Assembly: GCA_963662585.1 (NCBI GenBank)
Contig: OY759729.1
Span: forward strand, 2,304,001 to 2,368,000
Source of the DNA: Candidatus Cloacimonadales bacterium
Lineage (GTDB): Bacteria > Cloacimonadota > Cloacimonadia > Cloacimonadales > JAFGVF01
Length of the DNA stretch: 64,000 nucleotides
Reading direction: 5' to 3'
The notes beneath the pieces were generated by a model. The model saw nothing but the letters and a program-made list of their open reading frames with translations. It searched no databases and was not told where the DNA came from. Position 1 is the stretch's first letter; each line of letters starts with the position of its first letter. A program made the position numbers and the translations under genes. Shown here one piece after another: positions 10,311 to 19,286 of the stretch.

Positions 10311-10537
10311 CAAACTCAAAGCATCTTTCTTTGGTCTCTGCCTGCACCTTCTCATTCATCACAATTATTATTTGAAATTTCCTCCAGACAAGAGTTAGGG
10401 AGCAAGTGAAGAGCAGTTTAGAAGGCATTAATGCTAGCAAGTAATTAAGGGAATTATGATGCTTTAAAGCTATAATATAGGTAAGATATTATTTTCTCTT
10501 GACTCTTTTTAAGTAGATTAAATAACTTACTTTATTG

Positions 10538-10620
10538 AGGTGATGGAGTTCACCTAAAGCGCCATAATTATGGCTGATGACTCCTAAACGAAGAAGTGAC
10601 ACTTCGTTTAGGAGTATTTT
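10538..10620 (+). ncRNA. Fluoride (crcB-motif) riboswitch with terminator expression platform
   Basis: aGGTGATGGAGTTCACCt-aaagcGCCATaattATGGCTGATGACTCCTa fits the crcB consensus, including the GGAGT/ACTCC pseudoknot. It overlaps the hairpin actcctaaacgaag...cttcgtttaggagt-atttt. Confidence 0.9.
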
Positions 10621-10637
10621 ATTGCTGGAGTAAAATA

Positions 10638-11819
10638 ATGGATTTAAATATATTTATTGTGATAATGTTGTTAGGTGGTTGGTTTATGGGGAAACTCTTT
10701 ACCAGACTAAAATTACCATCTGTATTAGGAATGCTCTTTTGGGGTATCATTTTCGCTTATTTTTATAAAGCCCATATACCGACTGTTATTGGAGACTCAG
10801 AGCCATTCCTGAAGTCTTTTGCCTTAATTGTTATTTTATTAAGAGCAGGCTTGGGGATTAGTAAGGTAACCTTGAAGAAAGTTGGTATCACAGCCCTGTT
10901 AATGAGTTTCATTCCTTGCATATTAGAAGGAATTACCCTGTTATTTCTTCTTCATTATTTCTTCGACTTCTCTTATGTTACTTCGGGTTTAACAGCCTTT
11001 ATGATTTCAGCAGTTTCCCCTGCAGTGATAGTTCCTTCTATGTTAGATATTAAGGCTAAAGGAATAGGAGAAACCAAAGAAGTTCCTACAATCGTTCTAG
11101 CAGGAGCTTCCATAGATGATGTATTTGCTATCACATTTTTCTCTATCTTTCTTACTTTGAGTAGTCAAGGAAATATAGAAATAGGTAAAATTCTCTTATC
11201 AATTCCTGTATCATTATTGCTAGGAATCCTCCCAGGTATTGTGGTGGGATATTTTCTAATCTTTTATTTTAAGAAGAGAATCAAACATATTAAGAGTACG
11301 GAACAGACCTTAATCCTTCTAACTATATCTATGTTGTTAGTGAAAGTGGGTGATATTTTCCATAGTGCAGCCCTTCTGGGAATAATGACTGTTGGATTTA
11401 TAATCTTAGAAAAAGCTAATGAAATAGCCCATGATTTAGCCCAAAAATTAGCTGGAATCTGGATTTTTGCCGAGATTATCTTATTTGTACTTATTGGACT
11501 TTCAGTTGATCTCGATGTAGCATATAGTTCAGGATTGAAAGGTCTTCTAGTGATTAGTCTTGGTTTACTAGCAAGGTCAATAGGGGTATGGCTGGCAACA
11601 GCCTTCTCAAATCTAAATAAGAAAGAAAGATTATTCTGTATCTTTGCCTATCTTCCCAAAGCAACAGTTCAAGCAGCTTTAGGAAGTGTTGCCTTGAAGA
11701 TGGGCATAGCTGAAGGAGAAACTATTTTAGCACTTGCTGTATTAGCTATTGTTTTTACTGCCCCCTTAGGGTTAATCCTTATTAAAGTGTTCACTCCAAG
11801 ATTATTATCTCATGATTAA
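10638..11819 (+). CDS. Cation:proton antiporter (NHA2/NhaP-like)
   Basis: Multi-TM; LLRAGLG, AVSPAVIVP, GASIDDV, YLPKATVQAALG. Start at ATG 10638 after GGAG. Confidence 0.88.
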   Translation: MDLNIFIVIMLLGGWFMGKLFTRLKLPSVLGMLFWGIIFAYFYKAHIPTVIGDSEPFLKSFALIVILLRAGLGISKVTLKKVGITALLMSFIPCILEGITLLFLLHYFFDFSYVTSGLTAFMISAVSPAVIVPSMLDIKAKGIGETKEVPTIVLAGASIDDVFAITFFSIFLTLSSQGNIEIGKILLSIPVSLLLGILPGIVVGYFLIFYFKKRIKHIKSTEQTLILLTISMLLVKVGDIFHSAALLGIMTVGFIILEKANEIAHDLAQKLAGIWIFAEIILFVLIGLSVDLDVAYSSGLKGLLVISLGLLARSIGVWLATAFSNLNKKERLFCIFAYLPKATVQAALGSVALKMGIAEGETILALAVLAIVFTAPLGLILIKVFTPRLLSHD

Positions 11820-11874
11820 TTTGTTTTTATCAGTTAATGGAATAATATTTTAGAAAGATGAAAGGAGAATAATA

Positions 11875-12342
11875 ATGATTTTAACAGAATTTGATAAAGC
11901 CCATGTTGTAAGTAATAAAAATAAGAGAATAGCTTTGGCTATTGTAGAGTTGCCTGATGGTAGCCCTAATGTAATTACCTTAGAGTGGTTTATGAAAACA
12001 TCCATCAAGCCTGCCATGTTTGCTATCTCTGTTGGACACGAAAGATTCTCTCATCATGCTTTGCAAGAGAACAGATATTTTAACTTAGTTATTCCTTCCT
12101 CAGAGATGAGAGAAGATGTTATCTATTTCGGAACAAAATCAGGTAAGAATTTTGATAAACTTACAGAGAGAAATGTAAAGTCTATTCCCGGTAAATATAA
12201 GAAGTTACCTATCTTGCAAGACGCTGTGGCTAACTTTGAATGCAAAATAATAACCCAGGTAAATTCTGGAGACCATACGATTTTTGTTGGTGAAGTAAAA
12301 TATTCTTGGTTGGATGAGAGTAAAGAAATACTTAAGTTGTAA
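11875..12342 (+). CDS. Flavin reductase family protein
   Basis: GTKSG..DK, ANFECK, GDHTIFVGEV. Confidence 0.88.
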   Translation: MILTEFDKAHVVSNKNKRIALAIVELPDGSPNVITLEWFMKTSIKPAMFAISVGHERFSHHALQENRYFNLVIPSSEMREDVIYFGTKSGKNFDKLTERNVKSIPGKYKKLPILQDAVANFECKIITQVNSGDHTIFVGEVKYSWLDESKEILKL

Positions 12343-12355
12343 GATGAGAAGAAAT

Positions 12356-12414
12356 AGATTTTGAAGTTTCTTGATTTACTATTAGATTTAGTTCCCACTC
12401 TACTTGAGAGAGAA
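12356..12414 (+). repeat. 59-bp intergenic dispersed repeat, copy 2
   Basis: Matches 7106-7164. Confidence 0.85.
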
Positions 12415-12442
12415 CAGAAGTTTTTTAGAGATATTTTGGTAT

Positions 12443-12473
12443 AAAAAAAAAGAGGTTCGCAAGAACCTCTTTT
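12443..12473. terminator. Bidirectional-looking intrinsic terminator between convergent genes
   Basis: A-run, agaggttc-gcaa-gaacctct, ttt. Confidence 0.8.
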
Positions 12474-12496
12474 AATATTTTATCAGACTTAAGTAA

Positions 12497-13660
12497 TTAG
12501 TTACTCAATTCTTTATATTTCTTTGCATAGTATTGATACTTGTTAGTATCTTTTAATTTCTGAGCTGCGAAAGCTGCTAATTGAGCGGCTGACTTACTCT
12601 TTTTATCAACAACAAACCATTTCTCTGAATAAGTTAATAGATCATCAAACATCTCTTGTTTGTACAAGAAATTACAAAATGCCATTAGGTTTCCAGGAGA
12701 AGCTTCAAGTTCAATTAAAGCTTTGCTATAGGTATAATACGCATCATCATTAGTTAATTTTGCTGCATAATACATAAGATCTTTGTAGATATCTACATTT
12801 TCAGGGATTAAACTATTAGCAACTTCCATTTTGTCATAGGCAGCTTGGAAATCTTCTGTTTGCTCCATAGTTGCAGCATACAAATTATAGTGCTCATAGT
12901 TATAAGGATCTTGCTGGGTAAGTGTATCGAATTGTTCAGCAGCTTCTTCATAGCGTTTTAAAGCAAATAATTGTTTAGCATACTGAGTTCTGTAATCGAT
13001 ATTAGTTGGTTCAATTCTTACCCATTGAGAGAACATATAGAGCATTTCATTGTCTATTTTGCCGATGGCTAATTCATCAGGAACTTCAGCTTTGCGAAGT
13101 TCTAATTTCTCATTGTTTAAAATCAAGGTTAAGAATCTATAAGGTTCGATATTATCTGGATCTAATTCAATAAGCTTATAATACTTAGCCTTAATTTCGT
13201 CAAGATCTCCAGTACCATCATTAGTTAAAGTTTCATATTCTTTATTAGCTAAAAGAAGGACACGAGCGTTTATAGATTCAATTTTTTTACGAGTATCTTT
13301 GTACCATCTTCTCTCTTCTCTACTCATATCGTCGCGTTCTACATCTTTTAACTCATTAAAAACAATTTGATACTTATTATAGGCATCTAAGTAGCTTTCA
13401 TAAGCAATTCTATCATTATTTTCAGCATCAAAAAATTTGATATCAGCTAATTTTTTATTTGCTTCTAAATGATCAGGATATTCTGCTATAACTTCTTCAA
13501 AAAAGCCTTGTGCTCTCTCTAAAAGTTGTTGAGCAAAATAAATATTTCCATTTCTGAGAGCTCTTTTAGATTTTGGACTTAAGGAGTCTCCGTTATTAAA
13601 CACTGAACAACCAGTTAACAAAGTCGCAATTGCAATTAATACTAAAAAGTATTTCTTCAT
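12497..13660 (-). CDS. TPR-repeat lipoprotein
   Basis: Lipobox LLTGC; helical TPR-like repeats. Confidence 0.75.
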   Translation of the reverse strand: MKKYFLVLIAIATLLTGCSVFNNGDSLSPKSKRALRNGNIYFAQQLLERAQGFFEEVIAEYPDHLEANKKLADIKFFDAENNDRIAYESYLDAYNKYQIVFNELKDVERDDMSREERRWYKDTRKKIESINARVLLLANKEYETLTNDGTGDLDEIKAKYYKLIELDPDNIEPYRFLTLILNNEKLELRKAEVPDELAIGKIDNEMLYMFSQWVRIEPTNIDYRTQYAKQLFALKRYEEAAEQFDTLTQQDPYNYEHYNLYAATMEQTEDFQAAYDKMEVANSLIPENVDIYKDLMYYAAKLTNDDAYYTYSKALIELEASPGNLMAFCNFLYKQEMFDDLLTYSEKWFVVDKKSKSAAQLAAFAAQKLKDTNKYQYYAKKYKELSN

Positions 13661-13902
13661 GTAAATCCTCCACGATTACACTTTATTATTTAATAAAATA
13701 TTAAGTTATTTCTTATTGATAATTACAGTTTATAAAATTCAATCTAACACTTTTTTATCAAAAATCACAATTTGTTAAATAAAGTCAAGAACTAAAATTA
13801 AAAGTATCTTCTTGCCAATTTAATTACCTTGATTTTAGTTGTTATAAGATTGGTCCAATATGACTGCTTAAACCTTTATAATAAAAGACTTAGGAGATAA
13901 TT

Positions 13903-14322
13903 ATGATTCTTGTTTCTGATAAAATTAATCAAAATATTTTTTCTCAAATAATTAAGATATGGGAATTAACAGGTGTAGGAAACCCTGCAAGGGGAGATAA
14001 TTTAACTAATATTAAGAAAACCCTTCTTAATGGTGGAAAAATCTTTACACTTTATTATAATGATATTCTAATAGGTACTTGTTGGATTACTCATGATTTT
14101 AGGAGAAGTTACATCCACCACATGGCGATTCATCCTGATTATCAAAATAAGGGCTATGGAAAATTGCTAATGGATAAGGCTCTTACTTATTGTGAGGAGT
14201 TAGGACTTCAGGCAAAATTAGAGGTACATAAAGATAATCCTATTGCTCAACAATTATATCAGAATTTTGGGTTTAAACTTCTTGACGGTTATGAAGTCTA
14301 CATTAAAAGGGATATCAAATAA
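13903..14322 (+). CDS. GNAT family N-acetyltransferase
   Basis: IHPDYQNKGYGKLL acetyl-CoA motif; N..A..LY..FGF. Confidence 0.9.
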   Translation: MILVSDKINQNIFSQIIKIWELTGVGNPARGDNLTNIKKTLLNGGKIFTLYYNDILIGTCWITHDFRRSYIHHMAIHPDYQNKGYGKLLMDKALTYCEELGLQAKLEVHKDNPIAQQLYQNFGFKLLDGYEVYIKRDIK

Positions 14323-14345
14323 TAATTAATATCGAGGAAAATCTT

Positions 14346-15440
14346 ATGAACTTTTATTTACCAAGCAATATCTTTTATGGAAAAGATGCTTTTGTCCAAG
14401 CTTCTAGTCAGATGAAATCCCTTGGAAGTAAAGCCCTAATTGTTACAGGAAGAAGCTCAGCTCAAAAAAGTGGTGCTTTAGAAGTTACCCTTAATGGCTT
14501 AAAAAAAGAGAATATCGACTATATTATCTATGCTGAGATTGAAGAGAATCCAACTTTAAAGAGTGTAGAAAAAGGGGCAAAAATATGCCAAGAGGAAAAA
14601 TGTGATTTCATTATCGGAATTGGAGGTGGTTCTCCTATTGATGCTGCCAAAGGAATTGCTGTTGTGGTAGCTTCAAATCTCCAGATTGAAGATATTTATA
14701 ATCCTGCAAAATTTACTCATGCCCTTCCTTTAATAGCAATTCCTATTACTTCTGGCACCGGAACAGAAGCAACTCAGTATAGTGTCCTTACTGATACTGA
14801 GAATAAGAAAAAAGCAGGATTTGGTTCAGCTTTAGTCTTTCCCAAAATATCAATTCTAAATCCCGAATTCACTTATTCTTTACCTAAAAGTGTGACTATC
14901 AACACTGCAATAGATGCTTTAAGTCATCTTCTCGAAGGCCTCTTCTCCAAGAATAGAAATTCTTTAACCTACCCATTCATTTTTAAGGGTATAAAACTTA
15001 TACTTGATAACTTAGAAAAGGCTGTGGAAAGTCCTGATAATTATTCTTATCGTGATGCCCTTATGCAAGCTTCTCTCTATGGTGGAATCGTGATAGCTCA
15101 TAGTGGTACTACTCTTCAACACTCAATCGGTTATCCTCTAACTACAAAATTTGGTACTCCTCACGGAATGGCTAACGGCATAGTAATGGAAGAGATTATG
15201 AAAATCTACTATCCAGCTATTAAATCTGAGTTAGATGAACTTTTAGAATATCTTGGAATGAGTCTTGAAGATTTCTTCACTTGGTTAAAGAAGTTTGATT
15301 TAAATCTAAATGAAAAATTAGATGAAGAATTGATTGATTATATGACAGATAAAGTTATGGCAACCAGAAATATGGCTCTTAATCCAATCTCTGTATCAAG
15401 AGAAGATGTGAAAGAACTCTATAGAAAGATTAGTCAATAA
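14346..15440 (+). CDS. Iron-containing alcohol dehydrogenase
   Basis: GIGGGSPIDAAK, TSGTGTEAT, DALSH, H..G, PHGMAN. Confidence 0.92.
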   Translation: MNFYLPSNIFYGKDAFVQASSQMKSLGSKALIVTGRSSAQKSGALEVTLNGLKKENIDYIIYAEIEENPTLKSVEKGAKICQEEKCDFIIGIGGGSPIDAAKGIAVVVASNLQIEDIYNPAKFTHALPLIAIPITSGTGTEATQYSVLTDTENKKKAGFGSALVFPKISILNPEFTYSLPKSVTINTAIDALSHLLEGLFSKNRNSLTYPFIFKGIKLILDNLEKAVESPDNYSYRDALMQASLYGGIVIAHSGTTLQHSIGYPLTTKFGTPHGMANGIVMEEIMKIYYPAIKSELDELLEYLGMSLEDFFTWLKKFDLNLNEKLDEELIDYMTDKVMATRNMALNPISVSREDVKELYRKISQ

Positions 15441-15455
15441 CATAAGGAAATAATA

Positions 15456-17372
15456 GTGTCTGAAATCGAATTATTAGCACCAGCGGGTAGTGAAGAGTCG
15501 CTTATTGCCGCTATAGAAGCCGGATCTAATGCTGTCTATCTAGGATTAGATGGTTTTAATGCCAGAAGTAGAGCAAAGAACTTTAAAGTTGAAGAGTTAT
15601 CTGATATAATATCTTATTGTCATAAGAGAAAAGTAAAAGTATTTGTTACTTTAAATACCCTGATTAAAAACAATGAACTTACCAATCTAATTAAGCTTTT
15701 GTTTCAGATAGTATTTTGCCAACCAGATGGAATAATAATTCAGGATTTCTCACTTTTATATTTGTTGCAGAAATTAGATTATAAACATATTCATTTTTCG
15801 ACCCAAGCAGGTATTCATAACTCTCTTGGAGTAAGTTTTGCCCAAAAGAGTGGGGTAGAGAGGTCAATTCTTGCTAGAGAATTAACCTTAGAAGAGATTA
15901 CTAAGGCTTCTCAAGCTGGGGAAACAGAAATCTTTATTCACGGAGCATTATGCTATTCTCTATCTGGAAGTTGTCTCTTCTCAAGCTATCTTGGGGGAAT
16001 GAGTGCTAATCGCGGAAAATGCAAGCAACCTTGTCGGAGAGCCTTTAACTTAACTAAAAGAAAAAAAGAACATCTCTTTAGTTTGAAAGATTTAGAGTTA
16101 ATAAACTTTTTGCCTCAGCTTCAAGAAGCAGAAGTAAAATCTTTAAAGATTGAGGGAAGAATGAAAAGGGCGGAGTATGTTAGCCAAGTTGTGAAAGCTT
16201 ATCGCATGGCTCTTGATAAGCCTTCACAACTTGAAGAAGCTAAAAGTAGCTTGGAAAATGATTTTGGAAGAAGCAAAACGGCTTATTTTACTGGAGGAAA
16301 GCTAGTAGATTCAATAACTAATCAACCTTTTGCCGGTATTTATCTTGGGGAAGCAAAACTTCGAGGGAATAAGTTAACCTTTAAAGATACTACTAATTGC
16401 CTTCTTGGCGATAAAGTGAAACTCTATCTAGGAGAAGAAGATTCTGAAACATATTCAGTTACTGAGATTATTTCTCAAACAGAAATAACAATTTCGATAT
16501 CTCTTCCTAATGCTGAAAAAGTCTTTGTTTATAAAGTTAGTGGACAAGATGAAAGAAGTTTCAATCACTCCTTTAAAAAACAATACCTCCCTAATATCTC
16601 AAAATCTAAAATTAAAGAACTAACGACACTAGATCTTTCCCAAAACAATAAAAATAAGAAAGGAACATTATATCTACGACTTGCCCATATCCAAGATATA
16701 GAGTTTATTCCTAAAAGCAGTTTTCAACAGATATATCTAATTCCGCTAGCTGAATTTAACAAGAGTAATTCAAGACAACAAAATAATATCTATTGGGAAT
16801 TACCGCTTTTTATTGCTGAAGCTGATTTGCTAAAAACTAGGGAACTGCTTACTACAATTTCTCAGAAAGGATATAAAAACTTTGCAATTAGTCATATCTC
16901 TCAATTAATGCTACTAGCTAATAATGCTAATATTCTAACAAATGAATATATTTATTCTCTTAATGACTTAGCTATTCAACAGCTAAAAAAGTGGGGAATA
17001 GAATCTTATATTCTTCCTACAGAGAATGACATTCCTAACTTAAATCACTATAACTTTAAAGATGGAATAGTTCCCATATTCTTTACTCCGGCTCTCTTTT
17101 CATCCAGAATGCCAGTAAAAGAAAATTCAATTAAAGATAACAAAAATAATTACTTAGTTGTCAGAAAAGGGAAATTAACTCTTACTTATCCTACTAATCC
17201 AGTCTGTATCTTTAGCTTTATGAATAAATTAAAAGACTATAATAACTTTCTTATTGATTTAAGTACCCCTAATATTTCTCCTGCTGATTTTACTGATATA
17301 TTTACTTATTTCTCAAAAGGTGTAAATACTCCTAATAGCTCTAAATTTAACTATAAGAAAGGTTTGTGGTAG
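15456..17372 (+). CDS. U32 family protein (RlhA/TrhP-like Fe-S hydroxylation protein)
   Basis: ELLAPAGS, HGALCYSLSGSCLFS...NRGKCKQPCR, SLKIEGRMK. Confidence 0.88.
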   Translation: MSEIELLAPAGSEESLIAAIEAGSNAVYLGLDGFNARSRAKNFKVEELSDIISYCHKRKVKVFVTLNTLIKNNELTNLIKLLFQIVFCQPDGIIIQDFSLLYLLQKLDYKHIHFSTQAGIHNSLGVSFAQKSGVERSILARELTLEEITKASQAGETEIFIHGALCYSLSGSCLFSSYLGGMSANRGKCKQPCRRAFNLTKRKKEHLFSLKDLELINFLPQLQEAEVKSLKIEGRMKRAEYVSQVVKAYRMALDKPSQLEEAKSSLENDFGRSKTAYFTGGKLVDSITNQPFAGIYLGEAKLRGNKLTFKDTTNCLLGDKVKLYLGEEDSETYSVTEIISQTEITISISLPNAEKVFVYKVSGQDERSFNHSFKKQYLPNISKSKIKELTTLDLSQNNKNKKGTLYLRLAHIQDIEFIPKSSFQQIYLIPLAEFNKSNSRQQNNIYWELPLFIAEADLLKTRELLTTISQKGYKNFAISHISQLMLLANNANILTNEYIYSLNDLAIQQLKKWGIESYILPTENDIPNLNHYNFKDGIVPIFFTPALFSSRMPVKENSIKDNKNNYLVVRKGKLTLTYPTNPVCIFSFMNKLKDYNNFLIDLSTPNISPADFTDIFTYFSKGVNTPNSSKFNYKKGLW

Positions 17373-17700
17373 GAAGTTTCCTCTTGAAGATAATTTTGAG
17401 ATTAATATAGATAGATTTTAACCATAAATAAAGAAGAATAGGGAAGACTATGATTATCCTCTTATTGAAATCATAAGCTTGCCTAAAATCAAGATTAAGA
17501 ATTGAGATTATTGCTCGAGAAGTTCCACAACCCCAGCAATCTCTTCCTGTCATGTTTTTATAAATACATACCGTCGGAGCTTTTTCTAGATTTTTGAGCG
17601 TTATTCTTCTTAACACAAAGGGTAGTAACAATAAAATTATAATAAGAAGTATTGCTTTGAGTTTGCTAAAATTTGCGAACCAATTCTCTACCATTACCAT
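17347..17700 (-). CDS. DUF2752-like membrane protein
   Basis: C...TG..C.GCG.SRA motif with flanking TM segments. Confidence 0.75.
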   Translation of the reverse strand: MVMVENWFANFSKLKAILLIIILLLLPFVLRRITLKNLEKAPTVCIYKNMTGRDCWGCGTSRAIISILNLDFRQAYDFNKRIIIVFPILLYLWLKSIYINLKIIFKRKLPTTNLSYS

Positions 17701-18073
17701 CTCTATAGCTGTTAGTTACTATCAAAATAATATCTATTATAATCCAAATTCCACAACCACCTGCTGTAAGAAGTTGTAAAATTCCTATTCCAATTTGCTT
17801 AGTGTAGAATCTATGAACACCAAATGCTCCAAGAAAAACACATAATAGAAGTGTTATTAACCAGTCACAGGAATCATCGTTAGATATATAACTTAAAGTT
17901 ATTATCTCTTCCGCTCTATCGGTATCATTAACTACGAAATCTACGGATATACCATTAACAGGTGCTCTAGAATCTTTCCAATTTTCAATAACAAAATAGT
18001 AACGACTACCGTTTTCTCCAGCTATTATACCAGTTTTGGTAGACCAATCATAATGAACTACTTTTCCTCGCAT
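17666..18073 (-). CDS. TM2 domain protein with N-terminal cold-shock-like domain
   Basis: FLGAFGVHRFY...GIW..ID (TM2); N-terminal MRGKV...GII.GENG.RYYF. Confidence 0.85.
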   Translation of the reverse strand: MRGKVVHYDWSTKTGIIAGENGSRYYFVIENWKDSRAPVNGISVDFVVNDTDRAEEIITLSYISNDDSCDWLITLLLCVFLGAFGVHRFYTKQIGIGILQLLTAGGCGIWIIIDIILIVTNSYRDGNGRELVRKF

Positions 18074-18155
18074 TTGAAACTCCTAAAGTCTTTTTTTTAT
18101 TATGTTAAAACTTAAGATCTTGTCAAGTAATGATTCTGTTAAGATGCTAACAATC

Positions 18156-18938
18156 CTACTTTTTCTCACTCTTAGCAACAGCTTCCATTAAATGAAGTCC
18201 ATTCTCATTCATAAAGTATAGTTTATTACCAACTATCTCATACTTTTTGGTCTCGCGTAAAATTCTAAAAAATCTATTTTCCATATCTATGTTAGGTCCA
18301 GCCATTTTAGTAGAAATTATTGGGGTAAAAGTTATCTCATTATCCACTAAATGGTAAGAAGCTCTGAAGAAATTGCATCCACCAAAACCATATACTCTAT
18401 TCTCCTTGCTATCGAAATAGATATTTATATGATCATTATCACCTTGAGGAAGAATATTGATAAAACTATCCGAAATCTTTTTAATTACCCACTCTTTTTC
18501 CATCAATATTCCAGGTATTTTTGTTAAGACATAATTCTCTCTCTCATTTTCCTTAACTTCGACTCCTTGAATATTCTGCCATACCAGTCTCTTCTCTTGA
18601 ACTAAGAGACTTGAATTAGTACTTTCATAATCGCTCTCTAAAGTAATACTATTTCCATCTGCTGACCATATAAATCTTCCTGAAATAGTCGTTAACTTCT
18701 TTTCCTCACCTAATCTCTTAGTTCTTTTGATAAAAGTTAAATCTTCTCTGAGTTCAAGATCAGTGTAGAGCTCTTGATTAGCATTTTGAGGAATAACCCC
18801 TTGATAATAACCTGACCAATCCAAAGCATCTCTACTGTTATTAGGGTCAAGCTTGATTTCTTTTTCACATGCCAGTATAAATAGTCCTATGATTAACACT
18901 AACAAAAATTTAAATATATTCTTTTTCATAATTTCCAC
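18156..18938 (-). CDS. NlpE N-terminal + META domain lipoprotein
   Basis: Lipobox ILAC, NSRDALDWSGYYQG (NlpE-N), GFGGCN..STKMA (META). Confidence 0.8.
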   Translation of the reverse strand: MEIMKKNIFKFLLVLIIGLFILACEKEIKLDPNNSRDALDWSGYYQGVIPQNANQELYTDLELREDLTFIKRTKRLGEEKKLTTISGRFIWSADGNSITLESDYESTNSSLLVQEKRLVWQNIQGVEVKENERENYVLTKIPGILMEKEWVIKKISDSFINILPQGDNDHINIYFDSKENRVYGFGGCNFFRASYHLVDNEITFTPIISTKMAGPNIDMENRFFRILRETKKYEIVGNKLYFMNENGLHLMEAVAKSEKK

Positions 18939-19176
18939 CTTTAAAAATATTTTCTTATGTTAATAATAATTATAGATAGAAATTTGTCAAACAGATTTAA
19001 AAAATTAGAATAAATTCTCTATAAGAACTAAAAAATATGAGTAAAATAAATTGCCAGCAGATTGATAATTACAAGATCGCTCATGAATTTATTAATAAAA
19101 TTAGAATTTTTCTCTTGACATATTTTGTCCTTTTTACAATTTGACAAAACAAATTTGTTAAAGATATTAATATATA

Positions 19177-19253
19177 GGACCTATAGCTCAGTTTGGTAGA
19201 GCTTCCGGCTCATAACCGGACGGTCGGGGGTTCGACTCCCTCTGGGTCCACCA
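19177..19253 (+). tRNA. tRNA with CAT anticodon, most likely tRNA-Ile2 (lysidine)
   Basis: GGACCTA..TAGCTCAG..TCCGG-CTCATAA-CCGGA..GGTTCGACTCC..TGGGTCC-ACCA. Paired 1:72 excludes fMet; C4:G69 and C5:G68 are TilS determinants. Confidence 0.92.
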
Positions 19254-19257
19254 ATTT

Positions 19258-19286
19258 AAAAACAGCCTGTTTGCAGGCTGTTTTTT
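19258..19286 (+). terminator. Intrinsic terminator after the tRNA; group II intron target
   Basis: aaaaacagcctg-tttg-caggctgtttttt; the intron starts at the next base. Confidence 0.9.

Noticed and set aside
10596..10637. GTG start for the antiporter
   Set aside because: It lies inside the riboswitch terminator; the ATG at 10638 has an RBS.
19230..19253. Duplicated tRNA 3' end (attR) for a classical integrative island
   Set aside because: I saw no second copy of the tRNA 3' sequence at the right border or elsewhere in the window.
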